A program made the position numbers and the translations under genes. Below, piece after piece: positions 1-12,469 of a stretch of DNA of 64,000 nt. Source of the stretch: Macrostomum lignano (taxonomy: Eukaryota). Within the stretch, counting starts at the first letter, position 1; each line of letters opens with the position of its first letter. The notes below the pieces were generated by a model. The model had not been told where the DNA came from. It was given only the letters and a program-made list of their open reading frames with translations, and ran no database searches. Where the stretch lies: the NCBI GenBank assembly GCA_002269645.1, contig NIVC01000462.1:649516-713515 (forward strand). Reading direction: 5' to 3'.

Positions 1-225
1 ACCGCCATATTTCCATGTCATCAGGTTTAGGCAGCGCTTTTTGATGCTTGCAAGTAAAATGCAATTATTTGTCTCTTTTGTGCTTTGTCCAAATGATCTA
101 TTAAAGAAACCAACTCCTATTTTAGATAGTTAAAAAAAATTTGCGTTGCCGTTTCTGACACGTAGAGTTTGCAGATTCACGGCATCTCTTGCTCTGCCTC
201 TCCCGCCCTTTGCTTGAAGCACACA

Positions 226-2735
226 ACTACGTAGGACGCAGAAACTGCAGGGTTTTCAGAATTCTGACGCAAAAAACGCAAATTATACTACTATCTGAAA
301 ATGAAGTAAGTAGTATACAAAAACGCTATCCTAAGCGTGATGTGGCAATATGTAGTTGTAATAATCCATGTGCTCATATATGTACATTAATTCCATGTAC
401 ATTAATCCCTAAATATCTCAAATTGGATATGTACATTAATTCCATGTACATTAATCCATATCCCAAATTGTCTATCCCCAATTCTATATGTACATGTGCA
501 TTAATCTACAGTGTCATCCCCAGCGCGCGCGCGCACCAAAATTACAACTCGAAACCCTACTATATGTACAGTGTACAATCTCATCTACTACTACCAAATG
601 AGTCAACTAATTGTGTAGCCTACAACGTAATGTATATTTCCAATGTACATTTCTCAGACATTTGAATAATACGGGTCGGAGTCTATATGTACATCGATAG
701 CCTCTATACTCGTATCCGCTACATACCCCAAAAATTAGGTATGTACATTTTCACCCTCGGAGAATGTAGGTTTGAATATGCTGATAATTTATTCGAAATC
801 ACTTATAAAATACACATACTTTCATATAGAGGCGGGCCTGTACAAACTCTCGCCAAGCGATGGGGTGGAGGTTGCGTCATCCAAGCCTCTCCCAAGTCTG
901 CCCCCCCCCAAATACAAGACTGTGTTGAAGCAGTGCTTTATATTTCTATTGACAGTGAGTATGATACAAGACGCTTCGTCGCGCTTTAATTACAGTAAAC
1001 CATCCCCTCGAAGCTCCTATACTGAATGCTGAATCACCCTTTAACTCGACCATAGTCAAATTCAACCCTGTTCGAAAACAGCCACCCCTCCGATGTTCAC
1101 CAGACACAGCGCAGACCCCATAACAAATCGAGCTAAATTTTAACACTCGCCCCTGTTCTCTCTGTCCCCCCTTCTAAATGCCAAGGAATTTCGACCCTCT
1201 CTCCATTTTCAGTGTACAGACAGATCTTTCCACAGCACAGACCCTATATTAAACTTCAAAACCCCTCTCTTCTCCGATTACGTCATCCATGCCGCCCCAG
1301 TTAGCAAGAAACCAACTTTTAATGCACACATCAACCCCCGCGAGCAAATCCGAGTCCGCCAACCTCTACCTGCATTGACAAACCCCAGCTGCATTTGTAA
1401 ATGTACACAGCCTATGAATCAGTGTCTCCACCGCATGCAATTCTGATTTACTTGATTCTAAACTTTGTAAATTGTATAAGTCACCCTTGCGTTATACTAG
1501 AAGTAGTGAAGTCCACATATTTAAATACGTGAGGCTATTCAATTCTGCCTCTCCGCCTCCCCTACCTTCTCACTTCAAGCTTTCAGACTTGGTCTTTGAG
1601 ACGGTCGGTTTAATCTGTTAGAAGCAGGAATGAATCATGCACTGACCTCTCCATACAAAGTAAAGTTGGAATTTCAGACAAGAAATTTGGTTATTTTAAA
1701 AGCTAAATGACTAGAAATGCACATTTTTTTCATTAAAATGCAGCTTTTTACAGTTTTTTTACGATTTTAACCTTAAAATGCAGACTTTGTTGATCAAAAT
1801 CAGTAGTTTCATCACTAGAAACCATACTTTCAGCAGCTAATTTGTCCAAATATCGCTTTCAACTTGACCTTAGACTGCTTTTAAGCAGGAATGAACCCCC
1901 CACAAACATCCACAAGCCAGCCCAAAATCATCCAAAGACATGGCTATTGAAGCCTAAATTGCTAGAAATGCGCATTTTTTCATAAGAAAATACAAATTTT
2001 CACAGTTTTTATGCATTTTTACGTTAAAATGCAGACTTTATTGATCAAAATCAGTAGTTTCATCACTAGAAACCATACTTTCAGCAACTAATTTGTCCAA
2101 ATATCGCTTTCAACTTGACCTTAGACAGCTTTTAAGCAGGAATGAACCCCCACAAACATCCACAAGCCACCCAGAATCAACCAAAGACATGGCTATTGAA
2201 GCTTAAATTGCTAGAAATGAGCATTTTTTTCATAAGAAAATACAAATTTTCACAGTTTTTATGCATTTTTACGTTAAAATGCAGACTTTATTGATCAAAA
2301 TCAGTAGTTTCATCACTAGAAACCATACTTTCAGCAACTAATTTGTCCAAATATCGCTTTCAACTTGACCTTAGACAGCTTTTAAGCAGGAATGAACCCC
2401 CACAAACATCCACAAGCCACCCCAGAATCAACCAAAGACATGGCTATTGAAGCTTAAATTGCTAGAAATGAGCATTTTTTCATAAGAAAACACAAATTTT
2501 CACAGTTTTTACGCATTTTTTTCGTTAAAATGCAGACTTTATTGATCAAAATCAGTAATTCATCACTAAAAACCACAATTTTAACACAAAATTATCACAA
2601 ATGCTACTTCTGGAACTCTGAGACAGCTTTGAGCAGGAATTATAATCGCACACGGATTACCCGAGCCAGTCCAATATTCCACTGAAGCCAGGGTTTTTTA
2701 AAGCTGAATTGTTAGAATTGCTCATTCTTTCGTTT
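226..2735 (+). repeat. Left terminal inverted repeat arm
   Basis: Mirror of 5549..8100; ORFs 687..989(+) and 7252..7599(-) give the same peptide. Confidence 0.95.
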
Positions 2736-3100
2736 AATAAATGACAATTTTCACAGTTTTATTATTTTCTAACGTTAAAATGCGAAATGTATTGGTCAAA
2801 CTTAGTAGTTTCATCCCAAAAGCCATAATTTCAACCGCTAATTTGTCCAAATGCTGATTTCAAAGTTGGCAAGAGACAGCTTTCGAGCAGGAATGAGTTA
2901 CACACTGATCTCCATATGCACACCCCGGCCCAAGTTGGAATTCCACCCAAGACATTTTCATTGAAAGCTAAATTACTAGAAATTGCACATTTTCGTTTTA
3001 AAAAGGTCAATTTTCACAGTTTTTACTCTTTTTAACGTTAAAATGCTGACTTTATTGAACAAAATTAATCACTTCATCAGCAGAAACCATAATTTTTACA
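1623..3100 (+). repeat. ~250-bp-unit tandem repeat inside the foldback (6 units; mirrored at ~5549-6660)
   Basis: AGCAGGAAT anchor recurs at ~1623, 1884, 2135, 2385, 2632 and 2886. Confidence 0.9.
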
Positions 3101-5548
3101 ACTTAATGCTGTTTCATCATTCAAATGTATGTATTTGGTACGTGTAATACCCCTCATGAAGTCAGGGAAGGGATTATTCTTGAATATTGGGTTAAAACGT
3201 ACAGTTTGCTATAAACCTAGCTATAATAATTTTAACATATACAGTCGGCGAAGCGGCCCGTTGATTTCGATTGACATTTAAACTGTCCCTCCCAGACCTC
3301 TCTCTCTCTCCTTCTGCACCCACCGAGAAAAGTGACTCATGCGGCAATCAGCTGGACAGGTTTTATTACTGAATTGGCAAAACAGCCAACACCCAATGGT
3401 CATATTAGACTCGTCTTCACAGCACAGACCCATGTAGAACAGAACCACTCGTCCCTGTCTCTCTGACCTTACCATTTCTAACTGTCAAGGAATTCCGACC
3501 CTCCCTCTCCAATTTCAGTGTACAAACAGATATTTTCACAGCACAGACTCATATATTGAGCCTCCTCCAACCAAAACCCTATCTTGATTACGTCATCCAC
3601 CTCCCCCATAGAAGCAGTTAGCAAGAAACAAAATTTTTCGATGCACATATGAACACTGTGAACCATGCAAAATCGCACATCTACGGGTCGATTTTGATTG
3701 ACAATTTAATACCTTTTGTTGATGCTGCTGTGTACAGTAGTCTTATTTCCGAAGCTCCTAGCAGTCATCTTATAGATGTGGTGAATCAGTGTTGTTTTTG
3801 CCAACTTTACATCTTGATTCATCCTCCAAATTCTTCAACTCTGACCATATTCAATAATTTAACCCATGCAAGTAGATTTGCCAATTCGCCAAATTAGCCA
3901 ATACGAATGGGGCCAGAGGACCCACCCAAATCGAGCCCTTGTCTCTCTCAGGCCTCTCTCTCCTACACATACCCCAGAAAAGTGACTCATGAGGCAATCA
4001 GTTTAACAGGTTCAGTATACTGAATTGGCAAAACAGCAAACACCCAATGGTCAATGGACTCGTCTTCGCAGCACAGACCATTTTGAATAAAGCCAAAACA
4101 CACATACACCCCTATTCTCTGACCAAACCTTTCCATTTCTAGTTGTCAACGAAATTCGACCGGCCTCTCTCTCAATCCCAATGTACATTTTGACGAAGCA
4201 AGCAGATCTTTTCACAGCACGGACCCAGCCTCCCCCAACCAAAGCCCTATCTCTGATTACGTCATCTATACATCCTATACTATACATCTATACAAAGACG
4301 GTCTCTGACTGTTTTTACCCTGGTTGCCTCTCTGGTAGCTTGTCTAAGGGTTGTGCGCAATCCGATTGGCTATGCCAATTTCTAAGGGTCCGCCCCGGAG
4401 GGGCTGTGCCCGTTCTAAAAATAAACCCTATCTTTCTTAGGTGTACATTCCAATTATTTGGCCCTCGGCCTTGGTTTAGGGGGGGTGGTGCCCGGAGTGA
4501 GTAGGTTCTCTGGACTGCAGTGTGGCTAGGTCGGGACTGAGCCCCCTGGTCGTACCCGCCCTGCAGGAAAGAATGACCAATTCACAAAGGTGTACGGTAG
4601 ACCCAGTAGCATGCCAGCCCTGAGGCTGAGCACCCGGGCTGCAGGTCGGCAAGCTGCCTGCTTAGGGCTATGGTGCTCCTCCCCACTGCCATTTCTTTTT
4701 TTCTGGGCTGGCATCCCAGCGCGGTTTTATCCCCTGCTTTTATTGGTTTTATCTTAATTAGGCCTTGAGCCAAACCCAATTTCTTGGAGTTATGAGCTCT
4801 GCCCTCGCCCGGTCCATCTTGCCCTGTCCTCGGGTCCATCTCCTGGCTCCTGCTGAAAGGTCCCTGCTTGCGTGTCTCTGGCTCTCATCCTGACAGTGGA
4901 TTGGTGTCCTGGGAAGGATGTTCGTCCCGAACCGGGGACAACCGGCTGAGTCCGGAGTCCTCTTGCCCTGGGTGCCTCTTCTCCCGACCCCTTGGCCTGG
5001 CCCCCAATAATGAGCTGGATAGGCGATGCCCTTGGGTTGGTAGCAATAGAGGTGTTTGCTACGTCCGCCTAGAGTCTCCCCCTCGGATACAAGCCTTCCA
5101 GACTCACTCCAACATAGAGCTGGGTAGCGAAAAGCCTTGAGGCTCGAGACCTACAGCTTATACCTGGTTCTGACTGTTTAGGATCGCTCTTGGTAAATAG
5201 CTGCCCAGACTCTCTCCAATAGTTAGCCCTTTCCAAGACTTCTGGGTTTCCCCGCTCTTGGACGGCTGTTCAGTTAATCCAATTTCTGTTTTTTCGCGCA
5301 CTCCGAGGACCTGTCTGCTGGGGGGTGGCCTGGGTGGACTCGGTCCTAGCACCGTCCCTGATTCCACTGTTGGTTTGGCGGTGTCTTGTACCATAGACTT
5401 GAAGTCCCTCGCCCTTCTCCAACTAAATTGGTTTGGGTATCTCGGGTTCAGTCGTATCTGTTCCCTTGGTAGTGCCCTCTGCGGCAGAGCCCCTCCCAGG
5501 GCTGATCCGCGGGTAGCCCCGTAGCTTCCCACCCCGTTTAACAACAAC

Positions 5549-8100
5549 AAACGAAAGAATGAGCAATTCTAACAATTCAGCTTTAAAAAACCCTGGCTTC
5601 AGTGGAATATTGGACTGGCTCGGGTAATCCGTGTGCGATTATAATTCCTGCTCAAAGCTGTCTCAGAGTTCCAGAAGTAGCATTTGTGATAATTTTGTGT
5701 TAAAATTGTGGTTTTTAGTGATGAATTACTGATTTTGATCAATAAAGTCTGCATTTTAACGAAAAAAATGCGTAAAAACTGTGAAAATTTGTGTTTTCTT
5801 ATGAAAAAATGCTCATTTCTAGCAATTTAAGCTTCAATAGCCATGTCTTTGGTTGATTCTGGGTGGCTTGTGGATGTTTGTGGGGGTTCATTCCTGCTTA
5901 AAAGCTGTCTAAGGTCAAGTTGAAAGCGATATTTGGACAAATTAGTTGCTGAAAGTATGGTTTCTAGTGATGAAACTACTGATTTTGATCAATAAAGTCT
6001 GCATTTTAACGTAAAAATGCATAAAAACTGTGAAAATTTGTATTTTCTTATGAAAAAAATGCTCATTTCTAGCAATTTAAGCTTCAATAGCCATGTCTTT
6101 GGTTGATTCTGGGGTGGCTTGTGGATGTTTGTGGGGGTTCATTCCTGCTTAAAAGCTGTCTAAGGTCAAGTTGAAAGCGATATTTGGACAAATTAGTTGC
6201 TGAAAGTATGGTTTCTAGTGATGAAACTACTGATTTTGATCAATAAAGTCTGCATTTTAACGTAAAAATGCATAAAAACTGTGAAAATTTGTATTTTCTT
6301 ATGAAAAAATGCGCATTTCTAGCAATTTAGGCTTCAATAGCCATGTCTTTGGATGATTTTGGGCTGGCTTGTGGATGTTTGTGGGGGTTCATTCCTGCTT
6401 AAAAGCAGTCTAAGGTCAAGTTGAAAGCGATATTTGGACAAATTAGCTGCTGAAAGTATGGTTTCTAGTGATGAAACTACTGATTTTGATCAACAAAGTC
6501 TGCATTTTAAGGTTAAAATCGTAAAAAAACTGTAAAAAGCTGCATTTTAATGAAAAAAATGTGCATTTCTAGTCATTTAGCTTTTAAAATAACCAAATTT
6601 CTTGTCTGAAATTCCAACTTTACTTTGTATGGAGAGGTCAGTGCATGATTCATTCCTGCTTCTAACAGATTAAACCGACCGTCTCAAAGACCAAGTCTGA
6701 AAGCTTGAAGTGAGAAGGTAGGGGAGGCGGAGAGGCAGAATTGAATAGCCTCACGTATTTAAATATGTGGACTTCACTACTTCTAGTATAACGCAAGGGT
6801 GACTTATACAATTTACAAAGTTTAGAATCAAGTAAATCAGAATTGCATGCGGTGGAGACACTGATTCATAGGCTGTGTACATTTACAAATGCAGCTGGGG
6901 TTTGTCAATGCAGGTAGAGGTTGGCGGACTCGGATTTGCTCGCGGGGGTTGATGTGTGCATTAAAAGTTGGTTTCTTGCTAACTGGGGCGGCATGGATGA
7001 CGTAATCGGAGAAGAGAGGGGTTTTGAAGTTTAATATAGGGTCTGTGCTGTGGAAAGATCTGTCTGTACACTGAAAATGGAGAGAGGGTCGAAATTCCTT
7101 GGCATTTAGAAGGGGGGACAGAGAGAACAGGGGCGAGTGTTAAAATTTAGCTCGATTTGTTATGGGGTCTGCGCTGTGTCTGGTGAACATCGGAGGGGTG
7201 GCTGTTTTCGAACAGGGTTGAATTTGACTATGGTCCGAGTTAAAGGGTGATTCAGCATTCAGTATAGGAGCTTCGAGGGGATGGTTTACTGTAATTAAAG
7301 CGCGACGAAGCGTCTTGTATCATACTCACTGTCAATAGAAATATAAAGCACTGCTTCAACACAGTCTTGTATTTGGGGGGGGGGGCAGACTTGGGAGAGG
7401 CTTGGATGACGCAACCTCCACCCCATCGCTTGGCGAGAGTTTGTACAGGCCCGCCTCTATATGAAAGTATGTGTATTTTATAAGTGATTTCGAATAAATT
7501 ATCAGCATATTCAAACCTACATTCTCCGAGGGTGAAAATGTACCTACCTAATTTTTGGGGTATGTAGCGGATACGAGTATAGAGGCTATCGATGTACATA
7601 TAGACTCCGACCCGTATTATTCAAATCTGTCTGAGAAATGTACATTGGAAATATACATTACGATGTGAGCTATACAATTAGTTGACTCATTTGGTAGTAG
7701 ATGAGATTAGTAATTCTCACCTCTGTGTACATGTAGTATTGTACATGTAATGTTGGGGGTTCGCGCTGGGGATGACACTGTAGATTAATGTAAGTGTACA
7801 TATAGAATTGGGGATAGACAATTTGAGATATGGGTTAATGTACATGGGATTAATGTACATATCCATAGGGATTAATGTACATGGAATTAATGTACATATC
7901 CAATTTGAGATAGATAGGGATTAATGTACATGGAATTAATGTACATATATGAGCACATGGATTATTACGACTACATATTGCCACATCACGCTTAGGATAG
8001 CGTTTTTGTATACTACTTACTTCATTTTCAGATAGTAGTATAATTTGCGTTTTTTGCGTCAGAATTCTGAAAACCCTGCAGTTTCTGCGTCCTACGTAGT
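5549..8100 (-). repeat. Right terminal inverted repeat arm
   Basis: Begins AAACGAAAGAATGAG (reverse complement of 2721-2735) and ends CCTACGTAGT. Confidence 0.95.
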
Positions 8101-9110
8101 CACACATAATGTAAGAATTTTGAAAGGAATTTAGAGAAATTCCAGATAGCAAGCGGAGGGTAGAGCAACACTTCTCATGTCAGCCATCCAGTCTGAACTA
8201 CTTCTCCGTTGCAATAAAAAAGTAGTATTTGATATTTTTGTTTTAATTGTTTTTCTCAAGGAAGGCCGACTGCGCATTCTGTGTTGATTCCATGGCTGCA
8301 GATTCCCCTGGCAACGGGACGAGAGTAGGCCGGCCGGGAGACAACTCGGACGATGCTCGAGAAGGCCCGGACTCCTCAGAGAGGAGAAGAACGTACTGTT
8401 GTCTGGGAAGAGACGAGAACTATTGCGAGGGACAGAGGTTTTGGAAAGGGAAGAGCCGCACCCAACTCAACCAATGCGTTAAAATCCCCACTCCGCCACC
8501 CCTGCGAGGGTAGAGCGGTTTTCCATAGCAACCAGCTGGTCTGCACTCTATCAGGGACTGCGTCCCCAACTCAAAGCATTACAAATGCGTACCGCTGTGA
8601 AGACCGCTGCCCCAGCTGCCTCAGAAAACGGAATTTCGAAGTTGTCATAAATGTAGAAAGCTGCTCAGCTTTTCACTGCGTAAATTATGTCCAAGAGTCG
8701 ATCATTCAGTCGTTGCAATGCTTCTTCGACTTTACAATGCATGGTTACTCGGGTTTTCTTGAGACAGGCGAATTTGCATTGGAGAAGGAGGCAGAAGTTG
8801 CTGATTTAGTCAGGACTCTGTTATGACCTTTGGGAGGCCGGTCTGACTGCAGACTCGGTACAAGAGTTAGCGAGAGAGACTGAAGAAAGTACCGCTTTCT
8901 CTTGAGTCAAAGGGCCCAAAAACCAAAATTTTGTGTGCTTTAAGCGGTTAAGTGTCTGTGCGAAGAGGAATTTTTTCAGGAGGACGACAGAAAGACTCGA
9001 TAGAACAGCAATGCCCACACAAGTACCACATGAAGTACTATTCAGAAGTTGGCTGTATAAGGGACTATAAAAGTGAGCCTTTTCTTTTGAGAGCGACTCT
9101 GTGAATGAGA
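8101..9110 (-). mobile_element. Dispersed repeat of unknown family with a decayed ORF (copy 1, interrupted by the foldback)
   Basis: Homologous to 13300-14500 and 24250-24775. Shared minus-strand peptide F[NK]ALVE[LF][GD]AALPF. Confidence 0.6.
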
Positions 9111-9241
9111 CCAAAGCCCAAGAAAAGGCTTTGTTCCTTCAAATATTTTGCGCTGTCATGGAGCGCCACAATTCGAACCCACGACCAACCTAAGCTACTC
9201 TCAACGCTGAAATTCTAGTACTTAAAAAATTGGACCGTGCC

Positions 9242-10130
9242 AATATATACCAATACATAAATATACCAATATATACCAATACATAAATATACCAATATAT
9301 ACCAATACATAAATATACCAATATATACCAATACATAAATATACCAATATATACCAATACATAAATATACCAATATATACCAATACATAAATACACCAAT
9401 ATATACCAATACATAAATATACCAATATATACCAATACATAAATATACCAATATATACCAATACATAAATATACACCAATATATACCAATACATAAATAC
9501 ACCAATATATACCAATACATAAATATACCAATATATACCAATACATAAATATACCAATATATACCAATACATAAATACACCAATATATACCAATACATAA
9601 ATATACCAATATATACCAATACATAAATACACCAATATATACCAATACATAAATATACCAATATATACCAATACATAAATACACCAATATATACCAATAC
9701 ATAAATATACCAATATATACCAATACATAAATATAACAATATATACCAATACATAAATATACACCAATATATACCAATACATAAATATACCAATATATAC
9801 CAATACATAAATATACCAATATATACCAATACATAAATATACCAATATATACCAATACATAAATATACCAATATATACCAATACATAAATACACCAATAT
9901 ATACCAATACATAAATATAGCTACCAATATATACCAATACATAAATATACCAATATATACCAATACATAAATATACCAATATATACCAATACATAAATAT
10001 ACCAATATATACCAATACATAAATATACCAATATATACCAATACATAAATATACCAATATATACCAATACATAAATATACCAATATATACCAATACATAA
10101 ATATACCAATATATACTAATATATGCCAAT
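9242..10130. repeat. 26-bp AT-rich minisatellite (CCAATATATACCAATACATAAATATA)n
   Basis: Direct tandem array, bounded by ACCGTGCC at 9234-9241 and 10131-10138. Confidence 0.95.
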
Positions 10131-10142
10131 ACCGTGCCTCTA

Positions 10143-10915
10143 TACGAGAGGTGTTTTTCAAATGATCGTAGAAAAGCCATCTTCGAATAAAGCTATAGCC
10201 TTGAAAATTAACAGTTAAATTTTCTGCCAAATCAATTGAAAAGGCCACCGAAAATCCGCGATCAAATTCTGATCCCCTCATTGCATTTCCTGCGTTCTCT
10301 GAGGAGCAGTCAAGAGCCACAATGCTGTTCATTTTTCGTCGAGGCTCTAATGCCAGTGAAGCTGCTGCTGAGATGAAAACTGTACATGCATGATGATGTG
10401 CTCCATCCCTCAGCACTGTGCACAAGTGGTTTGGCCATTTCGATCTGGCTGACGAGCCAAGAGAAGGTCCTCCAAGAACATCAACAGACTCCTTGAATGT
10501 GGCTGCTGTGCAGTCTGCTCTGAACGAGGATGCAAGACTGACGATTGGGAGGATGGAGGAGAGTCTGGGCATCGATACCACATCAATTTGGAGGATACTA
10601 AATCACAGTCGATGGTTTGGTCACTGAAAAGAGCGCCACCTCCCCAAAAGGCGAAGCGAGTGAGGTCAGCTGGGAAATCATGTTTGCGATTTTCTTCTCG
10701 CCTAGAGGCGTCGTGGCCTCGGTGCCAGTTGAACAAAGCCGCACGGTGACCTCTGATTGGTACGTGACCAGCTGCTTGCTCGCTGTGTTCAATTCCATCG
10801 GAGCTGACCGAGGCAAAGCGGAGCTACGCTGCTACTTCCTGCGTCACGACAACTCAGCAGCGCACACAGCGCACAACACAGTGCAGTACATTCAGGCTTC
10901 TGGGATCAAGCTGCG
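10143..10915 (+). mobile_element. Degenerate mariner-type DNA transposon
   Basis: TA followed by a TACGAG-type TIR start. Peptides STVHKWF..F...DEPREGPPRT (HTH) and IMFAIFFSPRGVV...HDNSAAH (DDD core), broken by stops and deletion. Confidence 0.8.
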
Positions 10916-11044
10916 TGGAAAGTTTACGGGTTGCTTTGATAGCTGGCTGCCATAGGCGTAGGAACGTTTCAAAAAGTGGGGGGGGGGCAGGTTCAGTGAC
11001 AGATTTAGGGAGGGGGGGCGCACAGGGCGCACGCCCTTGTCGAG

Positions 11045-11423
11045 TTAGATTTAGATTTTAGCGCCGCAGGCACTCATTTTGGCGCCGCAGGCACTCATTT
11101 TAGCGCCGCAGGCACTCATTTTAGCGCCGCAGGCACTCATTTTGGCGCCGCAGGCACTCATTTTAGCGCCGCAGGCACTCATTTTAGCGCCGCAGGCACT
11201 CATTTTGGTGCCGCAGGCACTCATTTTGGCGCCGCAGGCACTCATTTTAGCGCCTCATTTTGTTCCGCCGGTGCTGTGTTTCTGTCGCCCTGAAGTAAAT
11301 TTTTTTATTTCTATAACGGGTCAACAAAGATGTGTAGGGGGAGGGACAAAGCATTGGCATGTCCCTCCATAACTTTTACGGGGCGGACGTGTCCCCCCTG
11401 TCCCTCCAGTGGCGACGCCCCTG
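11045..11423 (-). mobile_element. Small non-autonomous element carrying a 21-bp minisatellite (TAGCGCCGCAGGCACTCATTT)n
   Basis: Same CAGGGGCGTCGCCA end, GGGGGAC box and 21-bp array as 24785-25530, in opposite orientation. Confidence 0.7.
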
Positions 11424-12469
11424 CTCTGAAAGCTTTCTAAGTGCTACTTGAAAATCTGAAAGTGTTTTTTGCGAGGAATGGTTGGCCACCTAAAATACTT
11501 GTACACCTTTTCTTTCTTACGCTCGCACTTGCCTTTTACTTGCCTTGAATCTTGCCTGATATTGCCATCAATTTGGTTTATTTCACGAACATCAAACTCC
11601 AAACCATGAGTTGCGTATGCAAAAAATTGATTTGTGTTGTCGAACTCTAAGGCTTTCTTTGGCTTGTCTGAGTCGAGGAGTTCTATAATTAGCAATCTGG
11701 AGTGGAAGCAAGTTTTACCTCATGAGGCCACGCTAGTCTGGCCTCATTTGGTAAAATTGAAAAACTCGCTTCAACTCCAGATTGATAATTATAGAACTCC
11801 TTGGTCTGAGTAAACTGAGTAAGCCTCTGACTCGCTACGTCAGATTGAAATGATTCGTGCAGATGTTATTCCCGTACGCTTAAATATTTAATGTTCAAAA
11901 AGTTCGAAATAACTCGCTTTTAATAAAAGTCTTAACGATTTGGACTCTTGTCATCATTGAAGCTTACTTTTGGGAGTAGGTTGCAATAAAACTTGGAGTA
12001 CACTCGATTTAAACCTATGTAAGACATCAACACACACTTTTTTGGCACTTATTTGATTTTTAATGCATTGATTTTTTCACCATTAACTAAGAACTCAATT
12101 GAAATAAATGATTTTAATAAACGTTTTATTGTAAATCTTCGTTACAAAACCAGGTGCAACTCAATATGCGTACTTTTATTGAAGAGCGGCTCGTAAATTT
12201 TAATGTTACCGTGAAAAAATTCAAACTTGAGAAACTTTAACGCTTTGAGCCTTTGCTATTTCTTAAGAATTTAAGCATTTTAAGCATTTATTAATAAGTA
12301 TAGAGTCATTATAATTGTCATTTTTCTATGAAAGGTAGATGTACACGCACATTTAAGCGGTTTAAGTTTAACTGTTAAACAAGGACACAGCAGTCTATGT
12401 AATGCCTCTAAAAAGTGATTTAATTATTTTTAAAGCCTTTTTTCTTTGTCCAAGTAGCCACATCCTGGT

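Larger units (their letters stand above)
226..8100. mobile_element. 7.9-kb non-coding foldback transposon with ~2.5-kb TIRs and 6-bp TSD (putative non-autonomous Maverick/Polinton-like element)
   Basis: 226..2735 is the reverse complement of 5549..8100 (termini ACTACGTAGG / CCTACGTAGT). CACACA directly flanks both ends (220-225, 8101-8106). The flanks rejoin to match an uninterrupted paralogous repeat at ~13380-13480. Confidence 0.85.

Noticed and set aside
687-1032. Duplicated ORFs in the TIR arms as genes
   Set aside because: No recognisable domain, and the frame differs between arms at a C-homopolymer.
226-8100. Foldback as a long-read chimera or assembly artefact
   Set aside because: It has a unique 2.8-kb spacer, real differences between arms, an exact TSD and a collinear empty-site paralogue.
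9190-10581. Long ORFs over tandem arrays (also 24725-25631, 53209-54080, 59378-60019, 62312-64000, 20078-20434)
   Set aside because: The periodic peptides simply reflect stop-free repeat units; several lie inside introns and are open in multiple frames.
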